A DNA stretch of 64,000 bases from Alphaproteobacteria bacterium (GCA_964291675.2 OZ219866.1:1344001-1408000); one strand, 5' to 3'. Shown: positions 35,837-44,936, numbered from the stretch's first letter. Numbers and translations: made by a program. Notes: generated by a model from the sequence alone, not told the origin.

Positions 35837-37347
35837 CCGACATAGCGCTCCATGCCGATATCGGTCTCCCAGCTCTTGCGCCAGGCCTCGGCGAGCCAGG
35901 GGCGGAGGGTCTCGAACCGGGCGGCGACCTCGCGCTGGTCGGCGCGCAGGCCGCCGATGACCGCCTCGACGGAGCGGGCCAGCGCATCGGCGTCGATGGT
36001 CGCGAGCCTGCCGCCCTCGACCACCACCCGGCCCTCGACGATCGCGGTGTCCAGCGCCGAGCCGGTCTCGGTATAGACCATCTGGCGGGCGGCGCTGTTG
36101 AGCGGCAAGAGCGTCGGCCGGTCGAGGTCGTAGAGGCAGAGATCGGCCCGCATGCCGGGGGCGATGGCGCCGATCTCGCCGGCAAGCCCGACCGCCGCCG
36201 CCCCGCCGAGCGTGGCCGCGCGCAGCGCCTCGGCCGCGTCCGGCGTCTCCAGCGCGATGTCGCTGATCGCCGCCAGCCCGCAGAACAGCTTCATCGCCTG
36301 GAACATGTTCTGCACGTCGGAGCAGGCGCAGTTGTCGCAGCCGAGCGCGATCCCGACCCCGGCCTCGCGGTAGTGCCGGATCGGGGCGACGCCCGACTTG
36401 GACTTCATGTTGCTCGCCGGGTTGAGCACCACCCGCCCGCCGGCCTCGGCGAGCGCATCGATCTCGCCGCGGGTGAACCAGATCGAGTGGGCCAGCGCGA
36501 GCCTCGGGCCGAGCAGCCCGCAGGCGCGCATGTACTCGATCTGCGAGCCGCCATGCGCGCCGAGATGGGTGCGCGAGGCGATCACCTCGGGGCGCGATTC
36601 GTACATGTGGCTCAGCACCGGGAGCTCGTGCCGGTCGGACAGCTCGGCGATGCCGGTCAGCAGCTCGGGCGAGGACATGATCGCGCTGGTCGGGCCGAGC
36701 GCCCAGGAGAAACGCTCGCGGACCAGCCCGACCCGCTCGATCTGCCGGCGCACCGTCTCCAGCGGGGGCTCGCCGCCGACGCCGATCGGCGAGCCGAGCC
36801 AGGCGTGGTACGTCTCGGGCACCAGCTCGCGCCAATGCGGGATGCGGTCGACCGCGCGCCGGTCGCCGATCTGGAGCGAGAGCACGGTGCGGATGCCGGC
36901 CTCGTCATAGGCGTCGAGCACGGCATCGAGCAGCGAGTCGTCGAACGGGTAGAGCGTCGCCATGTCCTGCACGGTGGTGATGCCGGCGAGCAGGCATTCG
37001 GCGGCGCCCAGCAGGGTGCGGGCGCGCACCTCTTCGGCGCTCCGCATCGGGTATTGCGGCGGCAGCGCGTTGACGAACCACATTTGCAGCGGCATCGGCT
37101 CGAAGATGCCCTTGAGCAGCACGTCGTGCGAGTGGTAGTGGGCGTTGACGAAGCCGGGGACGACGAGCCGGCGGCTGGCGTCGATCGTCCTGTCGGGTAC
37201 GGCGTCGCCGAGCGCGGCGCGCAGATCCGGCTCGACGCGGGCGATCCGCGCCCCCTCGATCAGGATGTCGCGCGCCGCCGGGCGGTCGGTATCGCCGTCG
37301 TGGTCGTAGACCAGCCCGCCCTCGACGAGAATCCGGGTCTCCGCCAT
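35767..37347 (-). CDS. Amidohydrolase/deaminase (AtzA/TrzA/MtaD-like)
   Basis: PGFVNAHYH metal motif, LAHSIW, NPASNMK, ALGCD, G.RADL. Confidence 0.88.
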   Translation of the reverse strand: MAETRILVEGGLVYDHDGDTDRPAARDILIEGARIARVEPDLRAALGDAVPDRTIDASRRLVVPGFVNAHYHSHDVLLKGIFEPMPLQMWFVNALPPQYPMRSAEEVRARTLLGAAECLLAGITTVQDMATLYPFDDSLLDAVLDAYDEAGIRTVLSLQIGDRRAVDRIPHWRELVPETYHAWLGSPIGVGGEPPLETVRRQIERVGLVRERFSWALGPTSAIMSSPELLTGIAELSDRHELPVLSHMYESRPEVIASRTHLGAHGGSQIEYMRACGLLGPRLALAHSIWFTRGEIDALAEAGGRVVLNPASNMKSKSGVAPIRHYREAGVGIALGCDNCACSDVQNMFQAMKLFCGLAAISDIALETPDAAEALRAATLGGAAAVGLAGEIGAIAPGMRADLCLYDLDRPTLLPLNSAARQMVYTETGSALDTAIVEGRVVVEGGRLATIDADALARSVEAVIGGLRADQREVAARFETLRPWLAEAWRKSWETDIGMERYVGVPRYGAGAPTRDEDLSLRPHPE

Positions 37348-37351
37348 GCCC

Positions 37352-37783
37352 TCAGCCGCGCACGATGTAGTCGCGCAGCGCGTCCGCCTCGGCCATCACC
37401 CCGTCGATGCGGCTCTTGACCACGTCGCCGATGCTGACGATGCCGATCAGCCTGCCGTCCTCGACCACCGGCAGATGGCGGAATCTGCGGTCTGTCATCA
37501 GCGCCAGGATCTCGCGGTCGCCGTCGCCGGGCGCGCAGGTCTCGACCGGGCTCGCCATGCAGTCCTCGACGAGGCAGTCGAGGAAGGCCGCGCCCCGCTC
37601 GGCGAGGCCGCGCACGATGTCGCGCTCGGAGACGATGCCGACCAGAGCGCCCTCCTCGTCGGTCACCACCAGCGCGCCGATCATGCGCTCGGCGAGCTCG
37701 GCCACCGCGGCGGCGATGGTGGTGCGGGGCGGCACGGTCGCGACCTCGCTGCCCTTGGCCCGGAGAATCCCGCGCACATCCAT
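37352..37783 (-). CDS. CBS-domain protein
   Basis: ILRAKG, IGALVV, GIVSERD, RFRHLPV, GIVSIGDVVK. Confidence 0.9.
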   Translation of the reverse strand: MDVRGILRAKGSEVATVPPRTTIAAAVAELAERMIGALVVTDEEGALVGIVSERDIVRGLAERGAAFLDCLVEDCMASPVETCAPGDGDREILALMTDRRFRHLPVVEDGRLIGIVSIGDVVKSRIDGVMAEADALRDYIVRG

Positions 37784-37915
37784 GATCGCCTCCCTGCAAA
37801 TCCGACACGCCGATGGTGGAAATATCGGGCCGCCGGCGCCCCGAGTCCAGACGCGGCAGGTCCAGACGCCGCGGCGGGTGACACGGCGCCCGCATTGGCG
37901 TTGAATGGGGACGCC

Positions 37916-38593
37916 TTGGCCCAGAGCATCACATTGACCGCCACGGACGGGCACGCGCTCGATGCCTGGCACGCCGCGCCCGCGCGGCCTGCGGGCGGCA
38001 TCGTCGTGCTGCACGCGATCTACGGCCTGACCCCGCACATGGCGGATGTCTGCGACCTCTACGCGGAGGCCGGGATCGCGGCCATCGCGCCCGCCCTCTA
38101 CGACCGCTCGGGCCGCAACATCGTGTTCGGCTACGGCGCGGACGGGCGCGAAGCCGGCATGGCGCAGCGCGAGACCCTCGCCGAGGCGATGGTGCTGATG
38201 GATGTCGAGGCCGCGCTCGCGGCGCTGCGCGCGGCCGGGAAGGTGGCGGTGCAGGGGTTCTGCACCGGCGGCACCTGGGCGTGGATCGCCGCCGCCCGCC
38301 TCGCCGTCGACGCGGCGGTGATCTATTACGGCAGCGACGTCGATGCCCATCTCGGCCTCGCCCCGTCCTGCCCGGCGATCCTGCATTACGGCGACCGCGA
38401 CGCGGTGGTCCCGTTCGACCGGGTCGAGGCGATCCGCGCCGCCCATCCGGGGCTCGACTTCCACGTCTATCCCGGCGCCGACCACGCCTTCTTCAACCCC
38501 GAGCAGCCGAGCCACGACGAAGCGGCGGCGACCGCCGCGCACCGGCGCACGCTCGCCTTCCTGCGGGCCCGGTTCGGCGAGGCCGGGGGATGA
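37916..38593 (+). CDS. Dienelactone hydrolase family protein
   Basis: ITLTATDGH, GIVVLHAIYG, GFCTGG, YPGADHAF; TTG start inferred. Confidence 0.87.
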   Translation: MAQSITLTATDGHALDAWHAAPARPAGGIVVLHAIYGLTPHMADVCDLYAEAGIAAIAPALYDRSGRNIVFGYGADGREAGMAQRETLAEAMVLMDVEAALAALRAAGKVAVQGFCTGGTWAWIAAARLAVDAAVIYYGSDVDAHLGLAPSCPAILHYGDRDAVVPFDRVEAIRAAHPGLDFHVYPGADHAFFNPEQPSHDEAAATAAHRRTLAFLRARFGEAGG

Positions 38594-38610
38594 GCGGGGC
38601 GGCGAAGCGA

Positions 38611-39162
38611 TCAGGCGGATAGCGGCCGGTGGCGCCCGACCGACTGGGCGTACGCCGCCTGGCTGATCCAGTTGGCCAGCCTGAGGCGGAGCCAGGGGAT
38701 CGCGGGGCGGGGCCGGTCGTCTCCGAGAGAGCGCAGCAGCTCGTAGTGGCACAGCACGTTCAGAAGGTGGAGCACGGGAGGCTCGCTCGCCTCGATGCGC
38801 AGACGCTCGCGGGTCAGCTCCTCACGCTCCGCATCTTCGAGGTCGCGGCCATGCGCGAACTTCTGCTCCAGGGCGATGAACTGTCGCGCCAGGTCGCCGT
38901 GCTGGTCGGCGCGCTTCCCGGTGCCGACCGACAGGTCGATGGCGCCCAGCACCGCGACCGCGCCGGAAAACGCCACGGGCAGCCATTCCCAGGCCGGCTG
39001 CGAGAGGAACGCGGCCACCGCCGAGGAGCCTCCGACCGTCGCCGCTGCGACGGTCATGCAGTTCCAGATCTCGTAGAACCGGCGCCGCCGGTCGTGATAG
39101 CGGACCGAGCGCCGGACGCCGAAGAGGAGATCGTAGGTCCTGTCGTCAAGACTTTCGGTCAT
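38611..39162 (-). CDS. Two-TM SLATT-like hypothetical protein
   Basis: RSVRYH.RRRRF, then two hydrophobic helices, then A.QH..LA.QF..LE helical tail. Confidence 0.6.
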   Translation of the reverse strand: MTESLDDRTYDLLFGVRRSVRYHDRRRRFYEIWNCMTVAAATVGGSSAVAAFLSQPAWEWLPVAFSGAVAVLGAIDLSVGTGKRADQHGDLARQFIALEQKFAHGRDLEDAEREELTRERLRIEASEPPVLHLLNVLCHYELLRSLGDDRPRPAIPWLRLRLANWISQAAYAQSVGRHRPLSA

Positions 39163-39367
39163 CGGGCTTCCCGGGGGTCTCCCTGGGCTTCGGTGGGCGC
39201 ACGGAGCGCTCGGGTGCGAGACTGTCCCTGACCTCGGCGGATCTCGCCGAACCGTGTTCTGTTGCCCGGTCGGGACACCCATCCTGCCATTTCTCCGGGA
39301 CCGCCTTTCCGTCCTTGTCCGCCTTGCTGGTCTTCCGATTCCGATCTTCCGGACCTTCGTTTCCCAT
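39146..39367 (-). CDS. Possible small charged, disordered ORF upstream of the SLATT-like gene
   Basis: MGNEGPEDRNRK...PPKPRETPGKPDDRKS; stop overlaps the downstream start. Confidence 0.35.
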   Translation of the reverse strand: MGNEGPEDRNRKTSKADKDGKAVPEKWQDGCPDRATEHGSARSAEVRDSLAPERSVRPPKPRETPGKPDDRKS

Positions 39368-39481
39368 ACAAGACGATCCGTACGCTTCCTGTCGCGGACT
39401 GGACACAACCGATCCCAAGCGCGTCACTATGGCAAAATGTAGCACACCGGCTGCCCGCCGCACGCCTTCTGGTTGATAAAC

Positions 39482-40915
39482 ATGAACGCCGATCCCGCAA
39501 CCAGAGATTCGGAGCGAAGCGAGCGCACCGGCTGGCTCGAGCTGGTGCGCGGCGGGCGGGGGGTGTTCACGGTGCTGCTCAACCTCGCGGTGATCGTGCA
39601 CGGGGTGAACACCTTCGTGCTGTCGACCGTGATGCCCTCGGTGATCGCCGATATCGGCGGCGCGGCGTATTACGCCTGGCCGGCGATGGTCTATCTGATC
39701 GGCACCATCGTCGGCGCCTCGGGCGGCGCGCCGGTCCGCGCGGCGCTCGGCAGGCGCCGCGGCTATGTGGCGTCGGGGCTGGTGTTCGTCGCCGGCAGCG
39801 CGGTCGCGGCGCTGGCGCCGTCGATGGCGATCCTCCTCGCGGGCCAGCTCCTGCAGGGGTTCGGCGGCGGGCTGCTGCTATCGCAGTCGATGGCCCTGGT
39901 GCGCGAGATCTATCACGGCGCGCTGCGCGGCCGGGCGCTCGCGGTGATCAACGCGGCCTGGGTCGCGGCGGCGATGATCGGCCCGGCCGAGGCCGGGTTC
40001 TTCGCCGCGATCGACTGGTGGCGGGGCGCGTTCTGGGCGGCGATCCCGGTCGCCGCCCTGGTCTGCGCCCTCGCCTGGCGCTATGTCGGGGCGTCCGGCG
40101 ATCCCGGCAGGCGCTCGGGCTTCCCGCTGCGCAGGCTGGCGCTGATCGCCGCGGCGGTGATGTGCGTCGCCGCGGCGGGGCAGATCGACTCGGTGCCGGC
40201 GGGGATCGCGCTGGTCATCGCCGCCTGCCTGCTGGTGCGGTTCACGCTCGGGCTCGACGCGCGATCCGACAACCCGATCTACCCGAGGCGCGCGCTGTCG
40301 CCGTTCGCCGATATCGGCGCCGCCTACTGGATGTTCATGATGCTCGCTTTCACCCAGGTGGCGCCGGCGATCTTCCTGCCGCTGCTGCTGGGCGTGCTGC
40401 ACGACGTGCCGGCGCTGTGGCTCGGCTACTACAACATGCTGATGTCGATCGCCTGGTCGGCGGGCTCGCTCGCGGTCGCCCATGTGACCCATCGCGGCAC
40501 GACGCGGTGGGCGATCCTCGCGGGCTTCGCGATCTCGACAATCGGGCTCGCCGGCATGGCGGCGGGCGTGGCCGCGCATCCGCTGTGGCTGCTGGCAATC
40601 TGGTCGATCGTCATCGGGTTCGGGATCGGGGTCTCCAACGTGCTCGCGATCACCTGGACGATGTCGATCGCGGCCAGGGGCGAGGAGAGCCTCGCCGCCT
40701 CGGCGATCCCGGCGCTGCGCTCGCTCGGGCTCGCCTTCGGCGCGGCGGCGACCGGGCTGGTCGCCAACGCCGCCGGGCTCGGCGACGCCACCGATCCCGG
40801 CAACGTCACCCGCGCGCTCACCGCCGTGTTCGCGTTCTGCGCGCTGGCGCCCGCGGTGGGGCTCGTGATGACCGTGCTCTCCTTCGCGGCGAATGCCAGG
40901 CGCGTCAGCGGATGA
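39482..40915 (+). CDS. MFS transporter (paralogue of 15198-16628)
   Basis: MPSVIADIGGAAYYAW, LQGFGGG, WWRGAFW. Confidence 0.87.
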   Translation: MNADPATRDSERSERTGWLELVRGGRGVFTVLLNLAVIVHGVNTFVLSTVMPSVIADIGGAAYYAWPAMVYLIGTIVGASGGAPVRAALGRRRGYVASGLVFVAGSAVAALAPSMAILLAGQLLQGFGGGLLLSQSMALVREIYHGALRGRALAVINAAWVAAAMIGPAEAGFFAAIDWWRGAFWAAIPVAALVCALAWRYVGASGDPGRRSGFPLRRLALIAAAVMCVAAAGQIDSVPAGIALVIAACLLVRFTLGLDARSDNPIYPRRALSPFADIGAAYWMFMMLAFTQVAPAIFLPLLLGVLHDVPALWLGYYNMLMSIAWSAGSLAVAHVTHRGTTRWAILAGFAISTIGLAGMAAGVAAHPLWLLAIWSIVIGFGIGVSNVLAITWTMSIAARGEESLAASAIPALRSLGLAFGAAATGLVANAAGLGDATDPGNVTRALTAVFAFCALAPAVGLVMTVLSFAANARRVSG

Positions 40916-40932
40916 GCGTCCCGCCGCGGCGC
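40826..40932 (+). repeat. Left copy of 107-bp direct repeat flanking the islet
   Basis: 104/107 identical to 42404-42510. Confidence 0.92.
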
Positions 40933-41150
40933 AACGCTCCCACGCCGTTTCGGCCGGAGCCGTGCCCAGCGCGGCGGAGCGGAGACTCTAACGGACTTAA
41001 GTAGAGATCCCGCGGGCGAACCCGGCTGACGAGGAGTCCGGCGCTTCACGGAGGCGCGACGGCCTCTGTTGCCGGGGTAGCGTCATGCCTATATCGTGCG
41101 ATGGAATGCGATGAGTGTCCATGGGATTCGCTGAGCTAGGGAGGCGAGCT

Positions 41151-41330
41151 ATGGGAAAGCCTACCGGCGGAACGCCGTCGGCCACGCACCTGCCGACCCA
41201 GGCCGAGATGGAGCGAATGATCGTCTTCGACGGCACGCCTCACGAGATCTCAACTGCTGTGCTGCGCGGTGGTGCAGTGGGCGGAGAACCTGCGATCTTC
41301 CGAAACGCGGATCCAAAAAAAGTCGGCTGA
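41151..41330 (+). CDS. Small hypothetical protein (59 aa)
   Basis: GGAGG 6 nt upstream of ATG; PTQAEME...TPHEI..AVLRGG. Confidence 0.5.
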   Translation: MGKPTGGTPSATHLPTQAEMERMIVFDGTPHEISTAVLRGGAVGGEPAIFRNADPKKVG

Positions 41331-41340
41331 GGGCGTTCAG

Positions 41341-41592
41341 ATGGCATATCGCAAGAGTAGGCCCCACCCTCAGACTGGGGAGCTACAAAATGGCACCGTA
41401 CTGGAAGTCGTCGATTCTAGCGAGCCGATGATTCGTCTCAAGCTGGAGGACGGAACGCTCGTCCGAATGAAGATATCGATCATCGAGATCATGCGAATGG
41501 ATGAACCGGGTACGGACGGAAAGACCGCCTACGACATCAACGCGAGTTTGGCAGCGACCTTCGTTTCACCGGAGGAGCTGCTGGATGATTGA
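41341..41592 (+). CDS. Hypothetical beta-rich protein (83 aa)
   Basis: EVVDSSEP..LKLEDGT.VRMK; stop overlaps the next start (ATGATTGA). Confidence 0.7.
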   Translation: MAYRKSRPHPQTGELQNGTVLEVVDSSEPMIRLKLEDGTLVRMKISIIEIMRMDEPGTDGKTAYDINASLAATFVSPEELLDD

Positions 41593-42280
41593 TATGTTGG
41601 CTGCTTCCGCTCAAAGCACCCTGGAAAGGGGGGTCGCGGAGACAATCCGGTCGTTCGCGAAGCTGCCGGACGGATGGCATTATGGCACCGGCACGGGCGC
41701 CGTCGATGCTGCGGTGGACACTGCGCTCTATGTCAATTCGCTGCTGATCGACTACGGCGCTCGGAACATCGAAGCTTTCCCCGCTGTCGATGGCGGGATA
41801 TTGGTCTCCGGTTATCACGACCGCGACACTCTGGAAGTTCTCTGTCGCCCGGACGGTGGGATGGATTTTATCCATGAGGTCGACGACGATCTCGTGAACG
41901 AGCAGGACAGCGTTTCGACTAACGAGATCGAGGAGTTTCTGGGAGGCTTGGAGTGGTTGCCACAGAACTTATTCGCCCACTGCACCCAATCTATTTCAGT
42001 AAAGAAAGGGGACGCTTCACTAGTATGGCCTTCCAGCCCTCATCCACAGACGGGGGGATATCAGTATTCGAGACAGAATGCGCCGTTGGCCTTAGTGGAT
42101 GCGAATGTCGCCATATTCATCGCTTCTACCGAAGCGTCGTTGGATTTCCTTATGTCTTCTGGCGGATCGATCCTGATGTTCTCTCAGGGGATTGCCGGCT
42201 CACCTGTGAGCCATCAACGACAGGCGACCCCTGCCACCGGAATATCCATGGATTGGGAAATAATCGACGCAGGAACATGA
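41585..42280 (+). CDS. Hypothetical protein with an LPDGW...FP..DGGI domain and long C-terminal tail
   Basis: Coupled start; acidic N-terminal domain; last about 109 codons overlap the next ORF. Confidence 0.65.
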   Translation: MIDMLAASAQSTLERGVAETIRSFAKLPDGWHYGTGTGAVDAAVDTALYVNSLLIDYGARNIEAFPAVDGGILVSGYHDRDTLEVLCRPDGGMDFIHEVDDDLVNEQDSVSTNEIEEFLGGLEWLPQNLFAHCTQSISVKKGDASLVWPSSPHPQTGGYQYSRQNAPLALVDANVAIFIASTEASLDFLMSSGGSILMFSQGIAGSPVSHQRQATPATGISMDWEIIDAGT

Positions 42281-42393
42281 TGAGGAATCTGAAAGTCGAA
42301 GAGCTGGAGATTTGCGACGGCGAATCCCACAGGCCCTTGACGATTGCGGATATAGAGCTGTTCGGCGCCAAACCGTCAGCGCTGCCGCTCTAG
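41953..42393 (+). CDS. Hypothetical protein, possible ART/RES-like toxin fold
   Basis: GTG start with GGAGG at 41942-41946; LIR...SMAF...GISV...H.NI.G pattern. Confidence 0.6.
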   Translation: MVATELIRPLHPIYFSKERGRFTSMAFQPSSTDGGISVFETECAVGLSGCECRHIHRFYRSVVGFPYVFWRIDPDVLSGDCRLTCEPSTTGDPCHRNIHGLGNNRRRNMMRNLKVEELEICDGESHRPLTIADIELFGAKPSALPL

Positions 42394-42403
42394 TTTCCCA
42401 CCG

Positions 42404-42510
42404 GTGTTCGCGTTCTGCGCGCTGGCGCCCGCGGTGGGGCTGGCGATGACTGTGCTCTCCTTCGCGGCGAATGCCAGGCGCGTCAGCGGATGAGCGTCCC
42501 GCCGCGGCGC
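42404..42510 (+). repeat. Right copy of 107-bp direct repeat flanking the islet
   Basis: 104/107 identical to 40826-40932. Confidence 0.92.
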
Positions 42511-43358
42511 TCCTCGCGCCAGGTGTTGTACCAGGCGGCGGCGAAGATGATCGCAGCCCCGATCAGGATCGGCAGGTCGAAGGCCTCGCCGAACAGCACG
42601 ATTCCGAGCCCGACCGAGAGCGGCAGGCGCAGGAAGTCGAACGGCACCACGAAGCTCGCATCCGCCGCCGCCATCGCCCTCGTCACGCAGTAATGCACGG
42701 CGTAGCCGGCGACGCCGAGCCCGGCGATCGCCGGCAGGTCGGCGAGCTCCGGCGTGCGCCAGACGAACGCGGCCGGGATCGCCGAGAAGACCAGCACGAA
42801 GACGCTCATGTAGAACACGACGACATTGCCGGATTCGCTCGCCGCCAGCCGCTTTGTGGCGATGAAGGCGGAGGCGTAGAAGAACGCCGCGGCGAGCACC
42901 ACAAGCGGGCCGATGCCGAAGCCGAGCCCGGAAGGGCGGACGATGATCAGCGTGCCGGCGAACCCCGCCGCGACCACGGCGATGCGGGCGAGGTCCACGC
43001 GCTCGCCGAGCACCAGGACCGCCATGACGACGACGAAGATCGGCATGGTGAACTGGAGCGCCGACAGCTCGGCCAGCGTCACCATGGTGACGCCGAAGAA
43101 CCACGCCACGTTGCCGGTATAGAGCAGCCCGTTCCTGAGCCCGTGCAAAGCGAGGCGCTCGGTGCGGATCTCCGCGGCGCCCTGGCGCAAGATCCATGGC
43201 GCCATCAGGCAGAGATTGACCACGCTCCTGAGGAAGATCAGCTCGAGCACGTGGTAGTCGGGGGCGAGCAGGCGGACCAGCAGCGCCATCGCGACCAGCG
43301 ACGACGCCGCGCCGATCATGAACAGCGCGCCTTCGATGCGCTTGGAGACGATGGCCAA
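42483..43358 (-). CDS. DMT/EamA family transporter
   Basis: 10 TM, FTMPIF..LGERV, GTLIIVRP, VVPFDFLRLP. Confidence 0.88.
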   Translation of the reverse strand: MAIVSKRIEGALFMIGAASSLVAMALLVRLLAPDYHVLELIFLRSVVNLCLMAPWILRQGAAEIRTERLALHGLRNGLLYTGNVAWFFGVTMVTLAELSALQFTMPIFVVVMAVLVLGERVDLARIAVVAAGFAGTLIIVRPSGLGFGIGPLVVLAAAFFYASAFIATKRLAASESGNVVVFYMSVFVLVFSAIPAAFVWRTPELADLPAIAGLGVAGYAVHYCVTRAMAAADASFVVPFDFLRLPLSVGLGIVLFGEAFDLPILIGAAIIFAAAWYNTWREERRGGTLIR

Positions 43359-43377
43359 GGCCGGAAGGCGCGCGGGG

Positions 43378-43917
43378 CTACGCGGTCTGCGGTTCGAGCA
43401 CCCTGACCGCGCTGTTGGCCGGGTCGTAGCGGTAGCGCCGCGTGCGGTCGAGGTCGCAGCCGGTCACCCGCACCAGCCGGGTCTCCAGCGGCCGGTCGAG
43501 CGAGTGGATCACGCCCTCGTTGTAGACATGCGCCTCGCCCTCGCCGAGCACGTATCGGCGCTCGACCTCGAGCTCGGCATGGCCCGGCCGCGTGCCGTCG
43601 TCGAGCCGGCGCCACTCGGTCATCGCGACGTGGTTCATGGCCATGCCGTAGACCACCCAGGACGGGCCGTGGCAGTGCGGCGTGTTGTTCGACGGGCCGC
43701 GGTTGGTATGCGCCATCACGCGGAAGCCGTGCTTCCCGTCGACATGGATGGTCTCCGCCCCGGACGGCTTGTCGGGGCCGAGATGGGCGGCGACGAAATC
43801 GGCATCGACCAGCAGCTTTTCCAGATGGCGCGCGACGGCCTCGCGGCCCGCCGGGCCGGGATCGGCGTCGAGCGCGGCGCTGGCATCGGCGCAGAAGTCT
43901 TCCAGCGTGTAAGCCAT
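43378..43917 (-). CDS. Cupin / cysteine-dioxygenase-like protein
   Basis: PHCHGPSWVVYG and G.IHS motifs. Confidence 0.7.
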   Translation of the reverse strand: MAYTLEDFCADASAALDADPGPAGREAVARHLEKLLVDADFVAAHLGPDKPSGAETIHVDGKHGFRVMAHTNRGPSNNTPHCHGPSWVVYGMAMNHVAMTEWRRLDDGTRPGHAELEVERRYVLGEGEAHVYNEGVIHSLDRPLETRLVRVTGCDLDRTRRYRYDPANSAVRVLEPQTA

Positions 43918-43943
43918 CGGCATCCCTCCGCGAAGCCGCGCGG

Positions 43944-44936
43944 TCAGCCCGCCCGGGCGCTCTCCGCGACGCCCCATCTGAGCCCCATCCCCTTGAGCCA
44001 GCGGCGATAGGCGACGGAGAACTTGTCGGCGCGGATGTGCAGCTCGTCCTTCAGGTCGAGCGGAATCTCGGCCGGGCGCTGGCTCTCGACGATCCACTTG
44101 TCCTGGCTGAACACCTTGTCCTGGCGCTCGACGATCTGCTGCTCGGTGACCTGGTCGCCGAAATTGATCGCCACCAGCAGCCACACCAGGCAGTCGTCGG
44201 GGGCCAGCGGGGTGACCGTCAGCATCATGCAGAACATGTTGTCGTCGCCGGTCTCCTTGGCGAAATAGGCCGTGGTCGGGCGGAAGCAGCGATAGGTGTA
44301 ATGCGTCATCGCCGGCACCCCGCGGTGGTCGGCGAAGGGCTGCCAGATCGGCACCCGCCCGGTGCCGATCCCGTCCTCGTCCTCGAACACGTCGTAGTCC
44401 TCGACGATGTCGGGTTTCGACGGATCGCCGTTGATCATCGGGTGGACGAAGGGGAAGTGCGGGATGTCGATGAAGTTCTCGACGGTGCGGAACGGGTTGG
44501 CGCGGAAATTGTAGGGGCCGACGATCTGCTTGCGGTAGGACTCGTCGGTCCATTCCGGGAAGGGCGGCACGTCGCGCTCGGGCTCGCCCATCGACACCCA
44601 GAGGAAGCCATAGGCCTCGCGCGCGCGGTAGGTCTCGGCGCGGGCGCCCGCCGGCGGGGTGAGGTCGGGCATCGCCGGGATGAAGGTGCAGCGGCCCTTC
44701 TTGTTGTAGTGCCAGGCGTGGTAGGGGCAGGTGAGCTGGCCGTCCTTGACCGCGCCCAGCGACAGCCGGGTGCCGCGATGGGCGCAGTAGTCCTTCCAGG
44801 CCATCACCTCGCCGCCCGACCGCCACAGCACCAGATCGGTGCCGAACAGCCGCGCCGCCATCACCCCGCCCTCGTCGAGGTCGGCCGACCGCCCGACCGC
44901 CTGCCAGTCGTGCTTCAACACCGGATCGTCGATCAT
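43944..44936 (-). CDS. Rieske non-heme iron oxygenase (VanA/NdmA-like demethylase family)
   Basis: CAHRG...CPYHAW Rieske ligands; ENFIDIPHFPFVH mononuclear iron motif. Confidence 0.92.
   Translation of the reverse strand: MIDDPVLKHDWQAVGRSADLDEGGVMAARLFGTDLVLWRSGGEVMAWKDYCAHRGTRLSLGAVKDGQLTCPYHAWHYNKKGRCTFIPAMPDLTPPAGARAETYRAREAYGFLWVSMGEPERDVPPFPEWTDESYRKQIVGPYNFRANPFRTVENFIDIPHFPFVHPMINGDPSKPDIVEDYDVFEDEDGIGTGRVPIWQPFADHRGVPAMTHYTYRCFRPTTAYFAKETGDDNMFCMMLTVTPLAPDDCLVWLLVAINFGDQVTEQQIVERQDKVFSQDKWIVESQRPAEIPLDLKDELHIRADKFSVAYRRWLKGMGLRWGVAESARAG

Larger units (their letters stand above)
40933..42403. mobile_element. Lower-GC genomic islet between direct repeats
   Basis: Visible GC and codon-usage shift, flanking 107-bp direct repeats, four co-oriented unknown ORFs, no recombinase. 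Confidence 0.75.

Noticed and set aside
40994-41011. Possible IS1595-like terminal repeat at the islet edge
   Set aside because: Resemblance is from memory only; no transposase and no clear matching partner end
43378-44826. 482-aa ORF suggesting a Rieske-cupin fusion
   Set aside because: The upstream part is an off-frame reading of the Rieske gene; the cupin has its own SD and ATG near 43917
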